Shown here: one piece after another, positions 38,201-48,183 of the stretch
Layout: the number at the start of each line of letters is the position of its first letter
How positions within the stretch are numbered: the stretch's first letter is position 1
Assembly: GCA_027339965.1 (NCBI GenBank)
Contig: DAHWNL010000082.1
Location: 15,639 to 79,638 of the forward strand
Direction of reading: 5' to 3'
Source: Granulicella sp.
GTDB lineage: Bacteria; Acidobacteriota; Terriglobia; Terriglobales; Acidobacteriaceae
Length of the DNA: 64,000 nt
Notes under the pieces: generated by a model
Seen by the model: the letters and a program-made list of their open reading frames with translations, nothing else
Databases searched by the model: none
What the model was told of the DNA's origin: nothing
Program-made: the position numbers and the translations under genes

Positions 38201-38571
38201 TCAGTTACAGCCAGGCTGGAGAGCAGTATCCAAACCAGGTTGGAAATCCGCACCTTGCCAATCGCAGCGTGAATGAATGGTTTAACGTGGCTGCCTTCGC
38301 GTCACCCGGTCCTGCGACATTCGGAGATGTTCATCGGAATAGCCTTTACGGTCCGGACTTGTCCGATGTAGACGTAGCGCTAGGCAAGACCTTCCCAATT
38401 CCTCTTCGTGAGGGCATGAGCTTCGAATTCCAGGCCGAAGTTCAAAACCTCCCCAACCATCCCAGCTTCGCCTTGCCGGATCCACTGATCGGTCCTGGAC
38501 ATATCGGCCAGATCACCGGGGTTACCGTGGGAGGCCGATCCATGCAACTGGTGGCGCGGTTCCAGTTCTAA
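35239..38571 (+). CDS. TonB-dependent receptor (Oar-like, carboxypeptidase-regulatory N-domain)
   Basis: GTVTDESGAVIPG, FSAEYG, KGGTDQFHG, C-terminal RFQF. Confidence 0.92.
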   Translation: MKRQILLETAFLFAACASMASAQATNSGDIRGTVTDESGAVIPGVVVTVDDVSKDVTRTFKTDSAGLYDTGSIVPDQYILTFTKPGFKTYSQGPITLQVGLLGLNVNLTVGSTTQKVTVTANAPLLNTTSPELSTTLTSETMTQLPQVTPVANWQSFIILAPGTSGYQGGSNNALNPGVSGVSANGSQPFSTALMDGATVSSPQSNDIAVPVVFDAISQVKISDSLFSAEYGTGGAIYNQISKGGTDQFHGEAYEYFQNNALNAAPYSFGTNAPVPILHYNEFGGNVGGPVLRRRMFFFFDYDKIVDNGGAANGFINVPSQAMRNGDFTGQNTIYDPTTQTIDANGVVHRQSFAQEYGNGNKIPAALIDPVAQAIQAYYPAPNVPGTVVNGIPTKNYFYNVPAPNPYSRYFGRLDYDITPSNRFTASEAWGDKGSVTLNQGLCPIDCYTSYIENSNAQVSDVWSITPNLVNEARFGFDDELDFFVPYSLNENFPQKLGWQFAKDNLFPIINIIDEYGLTPGVNAVYKEFVFDPSDIVTLIRGRHVLTFGGEFLVERLDSTPWGNLNPGTMGFTGVYTASTQGAQNTSGSAYADFLLGEARSWGASITPEYGGRLKVPQMFVQDDIKLRPNLTIDLGLRWMGLTGWHEVHGDERAFSKTIVNPATNTLGAMWYAVTHVGGRTSLQAPIWTTLMPRVGVSWQPFKYTSVRSGFGVYTYPWSADNSGGGLGAAFATSGNEADFTNGVDPVVLLNSDGNTNYQGASGSSINSRYQKAPLAPNSFNGQGVGYEQYQRPVPILYQWNLAVQQQLSPNTSFQIAYVGSHGANQGFTTDLNQVPESKLAPNDTQAGTNARPYPNFEGITGYIAEGISNYHSLQLTLEKRMSQGLQFNVNYTWAHFLDEQDTSGQGGYFGVQKFQNGYVPSANYGPSNFDIADAVKGEAIYNIPIGKGRQFLNNSTLIDETIGGWILSTTVVAQTGSPFTVTMANDVSYSQAGEQYPNQVGNPHLANRSVNEWFNVAAFASPGPATFGDVHRNSLYGPDLSDVDVALGKTFPIPLREGMSFEFQAEVQNLPNHPSFALPDPLIGPGHIGQITGVTVGGRSMQLVARFQF

Positions 38572-38651
38572 AACCAGGTAGGAGAAGACCCTGCCTTGTC
38601 CCTGAGGCAGTCGCAGCGCCCCTGAGGCAGTCCAGCGCGATGTCTGCAAAC

Positions 38652-38710
38652 TCATCCAGAGACTCTTTGATCGTGAGCCGCCGGCGCGCGACCGCAGAGT
38701 CTCTGGATGA
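38652..38710. terminator. Long stem-loop between convergent genes
   Basis: Perfect 15-bp inverted repeat TCATCCAGAGACTCT/AGAGTCTCTGGATGA. Confidence 0.55.
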
Positions 38711-38996
38711 ATCGCTTTGAGGGCGCCCATCTGTTGCAACCGGAGCCCGGCACGCGGCCCGCGCCGGCAAATTTGGTGAAGCAGATCCTGGGCAGCCGTT
38801 GTCTCGAAATCGTTGCTGCTGGCACTCGCGCAACCCGCAGACGAGTCAGTCAGGGGCGTGCGGGGCGGCCAGGCGAGGATTCGATTGCCGGTGTTGCCGA
38901 AAGATCGCGGCCGGGAGCAGGCTGCCACCGGAGAGAGAGCCGCGTTGGATCCGAGCAAAGAGCGTCCTTGTTCCACTCTGGCGAGATCGCCGTGGG

Positions 38997-40205
38997 TCAC
39001 TTTTGGGGTGCGCCGTCAGAGGAATCGGGGCCAACCGACTGAACGCGAATCTGCCGGAAGACCTTGCTGAACTGATCCTGCAGCGCCTTGTAGTGCAAAA
39101 AGGCGGCCATCTCCTGCTTGGCGGCGGCGGGCTGGCCGGCCTGGCGGTAGAGCATGCTCAACCGGTAATGCGCCACGATGTTCGTAGGGTCCTCTTTGAC
39201 TGCTTCTTGTAGCAGAGCCATCGCCTGGTGTGGATGCTTCATATAGGTCAGCATCTTCGCCATGTCGGTTTGCGCCTCGCCATCGGAGGGCTGGAGCGCC
39301 AGCGCACGCTTGAAGTCCTGCTCCGCCGCCTTCCAGTTCTCCTTGCTTGCTTCCACCTCTCCCAGGCCTCGCCAGGAGCCTTCATCATACTGGTTGACGG
39401 CTAGCGCTGCCTTGTATTCCGGGCCGGCTTGCGCCTGAAGCTTTGGATTGGAAGAGAGATGCAGCAGCTCGGCCAGCTCATAGTGCGCGCCGGGCAACTT
39501 GGGGTTCAGCCGCAGCGCCTTCTGGTATTCAGCAATGGCCGCCGGATTATCTCCCTGGCGCACCAACTCGTGGGCCATCATGATCTGCATCTCCGCGGAG
39601 TCAGGGGCCACCACAACCATACTGAGCAGCGTCTGGTCCATGAGGCGCGAGTACACCTGATAGACCACCGACAGGATATAGGGGTCGTCGGGCGCCGCGC
39701 TTTGCAACTCCGCGGCCGCAGAGGCGGCTTGATCCAGCTTTCCCTCGGCAGTGTCATCTTCGATGAGCGCCAATCCAGCTTCGATCTGTATCTTTTTATC
39801 CTGCAAATGCCGGAAGGCGGTCTTCAGGTCGGTGCGTGCTCCGTCGAGATTGCCCATGCGCTCTTCGGCGATACCCAGCAAAGCCTGAATCTTGTAGAGG
39901 TCGGGTTGCAATTGCAGAGCGGACCGGAGCCGCGCGGCGGCTTCAGGGTACTGCCCTTGAAAGTAGAGCAGCACACCCAGATTTCCGAGCGCATCCACAT
40001 CGTTCGGCTCCAGCGCGACGATCTTGCGGAGCACGGGAATGGCGCGATCAGGCTGCTGTTGCTGTAGATCCTGCTGAAGCTCGCGATTCAGATCTGCCAG
40101 TTGCGCGGCCGCGTCCGTGGCGCCGGTTTGCGCGAAGAGCGGCTGCGGCAGCAAGAGCGGTATTGCGGCGATGAAGCTGCTGAAGAACGGTGTTTTGATA
40201 CGCAT
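38997..40205 (-). CDS. Secreted tetratricopeptide-repeat protein
   Basis: Signal peptide; repeated A..NLG/AHY.LA TPR units. Confidence 0.88.
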   Translation of the reverse strand: MRIKTPFFSSFIAAIPLLLPQPLFAQTGATDAAAQLADLNRELQQDLQQQQPDRAIPVLRKIVALEPNDVDALGNLGVLLYFQGQYPEAAARLRSALQLQPDLYKIQALLGIAEERMGNLDGARTDLKTAFRHLQDKKIQIEAGLALIEDDTAEGKLDQAASAAAELQSAAPDDPYILSVVYQVYSRLMDQTLLSMVVVAPDSAEMQIMMAHELVRQGDNPAAIAEYQKALRLNPKLPGAHYELAELLHLSSNPKLQAQAGPEYKAALAVNQYDEGSWRGLGEVEASKENWKAAEQDFKRALALQPSDGEAQTDMAKMLTYMKHPHQAMALLQEAVKEDPTNIVAHYRLSMLYRQAGQPAAAKQEMAAFLHYKALQDQFSKVFRQIRVQSVGPDSSDGAPQK

Positions 40206-40266
40206 CGAGCCTTCCTGTCGCCGCCCATCTTGTCTCCAGTTCATCAGGCGATGGGCCAGCGTCCAT

Positions 40267-41286
40267 CTAGTTTGGGCCGGCGCCGCATGCGGATACGCAT
40301 GTCACGCCGGTCTTTGTGTCGATCGTCCATGGCGAGGGCGGAGGAAGCAGCATCGTGCCGTCGCCCATTTGCAGCGGCATCCAGAGATAGCGTGAATCCC
40401 AGAGCGACCGCGGCTTCCAGATATCGCCCATGAAGACGACCGTGGTTTGCTTCTTCCCCGTCACCTTGAAGAGCATGGTGGACTGCGAACCATAAGTATC
40501 CTGGGATGCGGGAGCAATCTGCTTGAACTCGCTCCACGGACCGGAGAGAGCTTTGGCTGTCGCGTAGACATTCGGATTGGGGCGCCACCCGGTCATGTGC
40601 GAGCCGAGCACGTAATAAATCCCCTGATCATGCACCAGGGCTCCTCCCTCCAGCGGCATAGCGAGAAAAGCGGTCTGCTTCTCAATGCTCAGCCGATCAG
40701 CGGAAAGCTGCGCAATGTAGAAGCCGTGGGAGGGCCGGGACTCGAAGATCAGATAGGCGGAGCCGTCATCGTCGACAAATTGCCCGATGTCACGGGATTC
40801 CAGGCCCAGCGGCCGGAAGCTGCGGACGTATTTGTAGGGGCCGGTGATGCGGCTGCTGATCGCGGTGGCGACATGGGCATATCTGTAGTGGGCGTTGTCC
40901 AGGTGCATGTACATGACGAAGTGGTGCGTCAGCGGGCTGTAATAGACCTTCGGCCGCTCGAGTACCCAGTGAGGGCCAAGATGTTCAGGATCGGAGAGCT
41001 GCAATGCGTACCCGCGAAACTTCCAATGCTCCAGATCGGATGAAGAATAACAGGTCACGGAATGTTTGCGCGGATCCTGACCTGTGGATCGGTCTTCACC
41101 AAACCAGTACCAGGTGTGGCCGTAGTGCAGTATGCCGCCGCCGTGAGCCTGGATTGGCTGTCCCCGATTGTCCAGCCAAACGGCTCCGGGCCGGATCTGG
41201 TTTGAGGAAGCGGCCTGGGAGAGGCAGGGTAGAAGAGCGGCCAGCAAAGCCACCGCCAATGACTGGAAACCCTTTACATTTGGCAT
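40267..41286 (-). CDS. Glycoside hydrolase family 43 (GH43_24-like)
   Basis: IQAHGGG, ERPKV, ESRDIGQFVDDDG, TYGSQST. Confidence 0.88.
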   Translation of the reverse strand: MPNVKGFQSLAVALLAALLPCLSQAASSNQIRPGAVWLDNRGQPIQAHGGGILHYGHTWYWFGEDRSTGQDPRKHSVTCYSSSDLEHWKFRGYALQLSDPEHLGPHWVLERPKVYYSPLTHHFVMYMHLDNAHYRYAHVATAISSRITGPYKYVRSFRPLGLESRDIGQFVDDDGSAYLIFESRPSHGFYIAQLSADRLSIEKQTAFLAMPLEGGALVHDQGIYYVLGSHMTGWRPNPNVYATAKALSGPWSEFKQIAPASQDTYGSQSTMLFKVTGKKQTTVVFMGDIWKPRSLWDSRYLWMPLQMGDGTMLLPPPSPWTIDTKTGVTCVSACGAGPN

Positions 41287-41763
41287 AGCGCCGATAAACT
41301 CCTGAAAGCCAAGGTCATCTGCCGCGCCGCCTGGAAGACAAGCCACCTGGAAGACAAGCCGATCGGAGGCTCAATGCATGCGCGGATCTTCCGGCCGGCA
41401 AACCCTGAGTATATCTTCCGACCGGCGCTTTTCCAATCGATCTTCTGCTCGGGTTTTGCGCGCTCGGGTCTTGCGCCATGGGGCAAGCTCTCACGATTCA
41501 TTGCTGCAGACCGAAGATCTTGAAGAGCCGCCATCTTTGGCCGTCTTGTTGAAGGAGGGTTGGGCGTACGCGGTGGCTCCGGGGTTACACTTCGGGCCGC
41601 AGACGGCTCAAGTTTGCAGCGCCCAGGCCGCGGAGCGGCATGGCGCGGCGCAACCTGCGGCTTGGGATCCCCGGCAGCGGGAGCGGCAAACCTGCCGCTG
41701 TCCCAGCGTCCGGCAACTCCGGCACCGCCGCCGGCTTCGGCTTGCGGCCGATTACGGCCCAAA

Positions 41764-44484
41764 TTAAGCCTGCAACGCCAGCACAAGATGGCTCTGCGCC
41801 GCGAGCTTCAGGGGCTGATGGAAGCGGAAGATGGTGCGGCCGTCGGCGGCTTCGCTCGTATGTGGCTCGATCGCTGCGTTGCGATGGGCCGTGGTCGTCT
41901 TACCCGTGCCGCTGATCTCACAGGACCGGCAGGTGAGGCTGCCTTCCAGTACCTGGAGCCTAAACTGACGGCCATGCTCGTTTTGAGCATAGGAGAACGA
42001 TCCCCATCCGGTGCCCGATGCCCAGAAGCAGCGGAAGCTTTGGTGAGCGACTCGCGGGATGGCGACCACCGCTTGCAGGTTTCCATCGAAGTGGAATCCG
42101 CTCAGGGCTGCCACGGCAGACCACGAGGCCATCGCTCTCGCATAGTGGTGTCCGCACTCCGCCTCATCCCATGGGTTGCGCTTTTCGCCGTCGTATCTGG
42201 CGCGAACGTTGTGAATGCACTCCACGCCCTCCGCGACCATCCCGTAGCAGAGCATCAGCGTCGCAGCCGAGTACTCGAAGCCGGTCATCACCTCAGCAAA
42301 ATACGGAAAGGGGATGCGTGGGCGAGATCCGTTGCCGTAATCACAGATCACAAGCGCCGCTTCGCCGTTCAAGGCGAAGGTCCGTTCCACGTTGTTATGG
42401 TCCACCAAAGTCGGCTTGTGGTTATAGGTGTGGATGGACTTCAGGGTCTCCCGCACGTGCTCGGGAGAAACCAGGTCTCCCAGGTTCATCACACAGGCCA
42501 GATATTGGCCCATCATCTGATCCACCAGACAGCCTTCGCCCAACTGGAACTGAGGATGTTCCGGGTTCAAGCCGTGAGCGCCGATGCGCAGGCTTGGATA
42601 GATCTTTTCCAGAGAAAATCCCTTGATCTGCTGGATATAGAACTCGGAATTGAACAGGTTGGCATCAATCCACTGGCGGCCTTGCTCAAAGAGCTGTCTG
42701 TACTCCGCCGCCATGGAACGATCTTCCACGGCCAGCGCCATCTCCTCCGCGGCCCGGAGTGCGCCCAGATAGTAGATGCCGCACAGCGGGTTGGGACCGA
42801 AAAACGCCACGTCATAGGTGTTGTTCTGCACGCCGATCGCGACCCCGCGCCGTTCCGGGTCCCATCCGCCCTGAACCCAGGCGAACGAAACAGCCTCGCG
42901 GATGCGCGGCCACATCGAGTGCAGCCAATCGCGGTCTCCGGAGAGCTTCCAGTCGAGATAGGCGTGCATGATCTGACCCATGTGGCCGTCGGCGGCGATG
43001 ATCGAGGTTCTGTCAATGCCGTCGGGAAGCAGTTGGCGGGAGTGGATCGCCCCGGCGTCGTCTTCGGAGAAGCCGAAGGCTGCTTTACGCATCGACAAGG
43101 CGAAGGAGGGAAACAGGAAGGAGGTAGCCGTCTCATAACTCCACACATGGGTACAGTTGCCAAAACAACAGCCGGCGTTGTTGTTGCTGCCTTCAAATCC
43201 GTGAAACTCTCCATCCGCCGTGCGAAAGCAGGTGGTGGAAGCCAGTGTGGAGAGGTTGGCGCCGGCTGCTTCCTTCACGGCATCGGGCAGGGTGCTTTCG
43301 CGCAGCACCTGGGAGAATTGCCGAGTTCTGCGCTCCAGATCTTCAAGATGGTTTGCCGTGTACAGGGCCGCGTCCCAGGCATCCCGAAAGCGTTGGGAGT
43401 AGAAGTTGCCAATCAAGGTCTTTTCTTTGCCCGCCGGCGCTTGCCATCCGCACCACTGCGGCGTGCGATTTGGAAAATGCCAGGCCAGCAGAAACGTGAA
43501 GTGGCGGGACTGCCCCGCGGCCAGCGAAGCGGATTGGCAGAGAGACCCCACCCGATTTCGCTCCTCGGGCTCGCCATCGAGTTGTCCGTTGGCTGAAAAG
43601 GCATCCCAAAACAGCAGCGGAGAGCTCCACCATGCGCCTTGCGGCCAGCCACGCCAGAAGGTGATCTTTGCGCCGGCATCCGGTATGGCCGCCAGGACGA
43701 AACTGCCCTGCATCGGGTCGTCCTGCGGCAATCCGGGATTGCTCAGGATGAGCCCCTGCAGCCGTCCTTGCATTCGATGTTCATTCAGCCTCTTGCCTGC
43801 CATCTCCGGAGTTCCGTTGTTGACCGGGTTATCGATGGAAAAGCAGATGCTCGCCTTGACCGCTTTCAAGCCGGGATTGTCAACGCGATAGCGCAGAATG
43901 GCCACGGGCAATCCTGAGTCATCCGGGTCATGGGGGATAAACGGCGAGAAGGCATCAAGACTCACCTGGACGGGCAGTACGGCATCTTGAAAATCGATAT
44001 GCGCCAGCGGATACTCGCCGGTGAAGGTTGCACCCTGCAGACGAGTCAGTCCCGGCGCGTTTTGCGAACCCAGTCCGTCTTCTCCCTGATAGGGAGGAAG
44101 AAGACGCGATTCCAGTACATGCGCGATGGGCGGAGCGTCACCGGACTGTGCCCAGATCGAGGGAAAGGCATATGGGGGCGAGAATCCCTGATTGGGGCGA
44201 TTGAAGATCTCCCAGTCACGCAGTTGGCCACGGCCGCCAAGGCCCAGACTGCCGGCGGCTACGCCTCCCAAAGGGAAGGAGATCATCTTCAAATGGGAGC
44301 CCTCAAAGACCCTTGGATACGCAACCTTTCCGGAAGGTGCAAAGCTCGAAGCTGCTCCGCCCGCCGCTTCTGCAGCCACTGCTTTGCCCGGCAGTGGCCA
44401 GCGGGCGGGCTGTGCCGCTGTGCCAAGGGTGACCGCTGCCTGCTTGAGAAACTCCCGGCGCGGCAATTTGGGATCATTTGTCAC
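41764..44484 (-). CDS. GH116-family glycosidase with Tat signal
   Basis: PRREFLK, PLGGVAAG, NNTYD, NPWDEAECGHHYARAMASW. Confidence 0.85.
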   Translation of the reverse strand: MTNDPKLPRREFLKQAAVTLGTAAQPARWPLPGKAVAAEAAGGAASSFAPSGKVAYPRVFEGSHLKMISFPLGGVAAGSLGLGGRGQLRDWEIFNRPNQGFSPPYAFPSIWAQSGDAPPIAHVLESRLLPPYQGEDGLGSQNAPGLTRLQGATFTGEYPLAHIDFQDAVLPVQVSLDAFSPFIPHDPDDSGLPVAILRYRVDNPGLKAVKASICFSIDNPVNNGTPEMAGKRLNEHRMQGRLQGLILSNPGLPQDDPMQGSFVLAAIPDAGAKITFWRGWPQGAWWSSPLLFWDAFSANGQLDGEPEERNRVGSLCQSASLAAGQSRHFTFLLAWHFPNRTPQWCGWQAPAGKEKTLIGNFYSQRFRDAWDAALYTANHLEDLERRTRQFSQVLRESTLPDAVKEAAGANLSTLASTTCFRTADGEFHGFEGSNNNAGCCFGNCTHVWSYETATSFLFPSFALSMRKAAFGFSEDDAGAIHSRQLLPDGIDRTSIIAADGHMGQIMHAYLDWKLSGDRDWLHSMWPRIREAVSFAWVQGGWDPERRGVAIGVQNNTYDVAFFGPNPLCGIYYLGALRAAEEMALAVEDRSMAAEYRQLFEQGRQWIDANLFNSEFYIQQIKGFSLEKIYPSLRIGAHGLNPEHPQFQLGEGCLVDQMMGQYLACVMNLGDLVSPEHVRETLKSIHTYNHKPTLVDHNNVERTFALNGEAALVICDYGNGSRPRIPFPYFAEVMTGFEYSAATLMLCYGMVAEGVECIHNVRARYDGEKRNPWDEAECGHHYARAMASWSAVAALSGFHFDGNLQAVVAIPRVAHQSFRCFWASGTGWGSFSYAQNEHGRQFRLQVLEGSLTCRSCEISGTGKTTTAHRNAAIEPHTSEAADGRTIFRFHQPLKLAAQSHLVLALQA

Positions 44485-44575
44485 GGTTGCCTCCGTGTCT
44501 GCTCAGTATCCAGCATCTACGAGGGAATTGGCGCATCGTCATGCCTCATTCTTCAATATCATAGGGTGTCGTGGC

Positions 44576-44830
44576 CCGGGCAAACGCATTTCAAAACGCC
44601 TCCAGGAGTTTGAATAAGAAACGGTCATCCCAGCCGGCGCGTTTGAATTTTCCGCGCAGAGAGCCTTTGGACCCTTCCGTTTGCATGGCGTTGATGGCCA
44701 TGTGGCGCAGTACGGCCAGATTGTGCGCGCCATTTCCGGCCCTGGTGCGGTCCTGATCTTCATTCATCACCACGTCCAATCGCCACTGCAGGCGTTTCTC
44801 GACGTCCCGGTGCCGGCGAGCCACCTGATG
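44576..44830 (-). pseudogene. ISAs1-family transposase 3' fragment with terminal IR
   Basis: WRLDVVMNEDQDR...NLAVLRHMAIN...KRAGWD; end CCGGGCAAACGCAT. Confidence 0.85.
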
Positions 44831-44965
44831 GTCTCGCTCCGGGCTTTGGCGGGATGCGGCGGTTTGCAGGACCAGACGCCGATGGGTACGTCGATGGTGA
44901 CGATCAGCGCCACGGGAGGGGGCATCTCGCAGAGCCTGACGATAGCCGTCAGTGTGGAGAAGTAA
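44830..44965 (+). pseudogene. C-terminal remnant of an Ig-like surface protein
   Basis: LAGCGG..TPMGTSMVTISATGGGISQSLTIAVSVEK* with no upstream body. Confidence 0.45.
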
Positions 44966-45261
44966 CTGTGTCGGGATTGGCGCCGCTGCGAACCTTTCGA
45001 TTGCAGGCCTGCGCGCAATGACAGAGGCACCTGGGAAGGGGGGTGCTTCAGGCGCAACATTGGGCGGCTGCGCCCGATCCTTGCAGGCAGAGCGAAGGAG
45101 GGTCAGCCTGGGAAGCTGACCCCTCCGGATGAGGCGATGGACGGGCGTGCATGGAGGAGTGCGTGTTGTCTTTCGCCAAAATCTGCTCTGCGCGTCCACA
45201 GATTCGAGGTTGCTGGCTGGAAGCCTGCTTCCGCTGGAGCCGTTAGCGGTCTGTGAGTGGA

Positions 45262-46572
45262 CTACGGTTTGCGAAAGAAGTTGAGATTGATCGCGGCAGC
45301 CATGGCGCGGAAGCCGGCGTCGTTGGGGTGCAGGTGATCGCCGCTGTCGTAGGCCGGAGCGAAGGCGCCGGGGTTGGCGGGGTCGCGCGTGGCTTTGGCG
45401 AAGTCGACAAAGCCGTCAAGCTGCCGGGTGGTGCGTATCCAGTGGTTGACAGCTTGGCGGACGGCCTCGCCGGCCGGGGACGAGTACCCGGCGCCCATGT
45501 AGGGCGTCAGCGTGGCACCAAAGACCTTGATGCCGTGGGCGTGGGCGCGCGCGGCCATCTGCGCGATGCCGGTGATCAGATCCTGCGCGGTGACGATGTC
45601 ATGGGGGTTGGTGGAATTGTAGGCGACGCCGATGTCGTTGATCGACTCCAGAATTATGAGGTATTTGACGCCCGGAGGCGCCAGCACCTCGCTGTCAAAG
45701 CGGGAGAGAGCGTTGGGGCCGAAGCCGTCGTGCAGCACGCGATTGCCGCCGATACCCATGTTGATGACGCCCAGATTGCGGGTGGCGGGGTCTGCCTGCA
45801 GGCGGGCGGCCAGATCATCCGGCCAGGTGGCGTTGGCCCCGCTGGTGCTGTGCCAGCCGTCGGTGATGCTGTCGCCAAAGGCAACTACAGTGGCTCCGTG
45901 CGGCGCTGCCACCTCGACATCCTTGAGAAAGTCGTAGTAGCTCATCTTGCTGGGGCTGTTCAGCGTGACGGCGTCGATCGGCGAGCCGCCGGACACGTAG
46001 TTGGTCTGGAGCGCGAGCCCATGCTGGGTGATGGTGGCGATCCTCTGGGAGGGAATGCTGAGCGTGATGGCCAGGTTCGAGAGCGAAGCGGCTGTCAAGT
46101 TGACAGGATCACTTACCGCGACCGCGCCGGGAGGAATGGTGATGGAGGGCTTGCCGTTGAAGCTGAGCCGGACAGAGGAGCCCGGCTGGATGGCTCCGCC
46201 GCTCCAGTCCGACGCAGGGAGTGCCACCGCGGCCGCGCCGATGTTCAGGGGGTTCACGCCCTGCTCATTGGTCAGCGTCACGCGGATCGTGGAACCGCCC
46301 AGGGAGAGGTGAACGATCTGGCGAAGCGTGGTCGGCACGGTGAAGGCATCTTCCCGGTTGACCTCCGCCACCGGCGCGGTGGACCAGCTTGCAACCCAGT
46401 GGGGTTGCGCGCTGCTCTGCGCCGAGAGCGAGGGGGTGACGAGAGCAAAGCCGGCGGCCGCAAGGACGAAGCCGGCGGTCAGGGGGGCGAAGTTGGCGGT
46501 TAGCTGGGAACGGCGCACGCTGAATCTCCTCAAGGGCGAAGTGGCACAGAAGGTTGACAGGCAGTGTTGCAT
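45262..46572 (-). CDS. SGNH/GDSL hydrolase
   Basis: GDSITDG, GIGGNR, DSGDHLHP; start uncertain. Confidence 0.9.
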   Translation of the reverse strand: MQHCLSTFCATSPLRRFSVRRSQLTANFAPLTAGFVLAAAGFALVTPSLSAQSSAQPHWVASWSTAPVAEVNREDAFTVPTTLRQIVHLSLGGSTIRVTLTNEQGVNPLNIGAAAVALPASDWSGGAIQPGSSVRLSFNGKPSITIPPGAVAVSDPVNLTAASLSNLAITLSIPSQRIATITQHGLALQTNYVSGGSPIDAVTLNSPSKMSYYDFLKDVEVAAPHGATVVAFGDSITDGWHSTSGANATWPDDLAARLQADPATRNLGVINMGIGGNRVLHDGFGPNALSRFDSEVLAPPGVKYLIILESINDIGVAYNSTNPHDIVTAQDLITGIAQMAARAHAHGIKVFGATLTPYMGAGYSSPAGEAVRQAVNHWIRTTRQLDGFVDFAKATRDPANPGAFAPAYDSGDHLHPNDAGFRAMAAAINLNFFRKP

Positions 46573-46876
46573 GCGGCGGCGGGCTCGCGAAATCGGGAAC
46601 CCAAGGCTTACCGGGTAAGCTTTTCGAGCCATCGGCACGGCGTCAAGTCTATCGGAGGAGACGGCGGGCTGTCACGCCGAGCGGAATCGCACGCAGCGCG
46701 AAGAGGACGGAGTGCCCCTGCGCCGCCTGCCGGCAGTCTGTTGCCACGCAGGAGCCGGACGGCGGATTGGGGATTGACTCAAGACCGTCATATGCTGCGC
46801 CCGGGGTGGGTTTTAGGCTTGGGAGATGGATCCCAGCGATCCCGAGGGCGCTGAGGGAAGGCTCCCTGGAGAGAGG

Positions 46877-47041
46877 ATGCGCCGCACAGCATGGATTTGG
46901 GCGATTGGTTCCGCAGCCTGGACCTTCGACGCCATCGTCAACCTGCACTATCACAACCGGCCGCACGCCGAGCTGGCGCTGATGGTTGCCATCATGTTCG
47001 CGATTGCGTGGGCCTATTACTCCCGCGCGCAGGGCCGTTAG
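46877..47041 (+). CDS. Small two-TM membrane protein
   Basis: 54 aa, GGAGAG RBS, two hydrophobic helices. Confidence 0.55.
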   Translation: MRRTAWIWAIGSAAWTFDAIVNLHYHNRPHAELALMVAIMFAIAWAYYSRAQGR

Positions 47042-47110
47042 GACCCAAACACCGCGCCAAAGCTGGCTGCTTCGGCGCGGCTTGCGGAGACATCCAGGCT
47101 CCCCGGCGGG

Positions 47111-47983
47111 CTACTTGCCCATCACCCGCTGCATGGTCGCGCCGATCTCGGCGGGCGAAACGGCCACGTGGATTCCGGCCGCACGCATCGCCTCCATCTT
47201 GCTCTGCGCAGTTCCTTCGCCACCGGAGATGATGGCTCCCGCGTGGCCCATGCGCCGCCCCGGCGGGGCTGTCTGTCCGGCGATGAAGCCCACCACCGGC
47301 TTTTTGACATGCTCGCGGACGTACGCGGCGGCGGCCTCCTCATTGCTGCCGCCAATCTCTCCAATCATGACGATCGCCTCGGTGTCGGGATCCTCATTGA
47401 GCAGCTTGAGCGCATCCACATGGGTGGTTCCAACGATAGGGTCGCCGCCGATGCCGATGGCTGTGGACTGCCCGATGCCGCGCTCAGACAACTGGTAGAC
47501 CGCCTCATAGGTCAGGGTCCCGGAGCGGGAGATGATGCCGACGGAACCTTCCTTGTGAATCAGTCCGGGCATAATGCCGATCTTAGCTTTGCCCGGCGAG
47601 ATGACTCCGGGACAGTTGGGTCCGATCAGCCGCGACCTGGAGTTCTTCACGACCTCCCAGACACGCACCATATCCAGCACGGGAATTCCTTCCGTGATGC
47701 AGACGATGAGGGGAATGCCGGCGGCTGCGGCCTCCAGAATTCCATCCGCGGCTGCGGGCGGGGGTACAAAGATCACGGTGGCGTTGGCGCCAGTCTCGCG
47801 GACCGCCTCCTCCACGGTGTTGAACACCGGCCAACCTTCGTGGATCATGCCTCCCTTGCCGGGCGTGACGCCACCGACAACCTTGGTTCCATAGTCCGCG
47901 CAGCCCCGGGCATGAAACGATCCTTCACGTCCGGTGATTCCCTGCACAATGAGCCGAGTTCCTTTGCCGACGAGTACTGACAT
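47111..47983 (-). CDS. sucD: Succinyl-CoA synthetase alpha subunit
   Basis: [19 protein letters not shown]. Confidence 0.97.
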   Translation of the reverse strand: MSVLVGKGTRLIVQGITGREGSFHARGCADYGTKVVGGVTPGKGGMIHEGWPVFNTVEEAVRETGANATVIFVPPPAAADGILEAAAAGIPLIVCITEGIPVLDMVRVWEVVKNSRSRLIGPNCPGVISPGKAKIGIMPGLIHKEGSVGIISRSGTLTYEAVYQLSERGIGQSTAIGIGGDPIVGTTHVDALKLLNEDPDTEAIVMIGEIGGSNEEAAAAYVREHVKKPVVGFIAGQTAPPGRRMGHAGAIISGGEGTAQSKMEAMRAAGIHVAVSPAEIGATMQRVMGK

Positions 47984-48183
47984 GTACCTATTCTCTCCTT
48001 GGAAACTTGCTGTTGAGGGCGCTGGCGGCAGATGGTGACTGGGAGAACGTCTTGCGAGAGTCGATCTGCCGGGGCGATGTTGTCTGTCGGATGCTCTCTC
48101 TTTTCCTCTTGCTGTGGGATGCTGCCAGAGAGGCGACGACGATTTCTGCTGTTCTGCCGGGAAGAGCCGGCTGTGGGGGACGG

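Noticed and set aside
41560..43596. 678-aa plus-strand ORF
   Set aside because: Antisense to the GH116 gene
47984..48183. Inserted element or sORF between sucC and sucD
   Set aside because: 200-bp gap with no convincing ORF, inverted repeat or match to other repeats in the window
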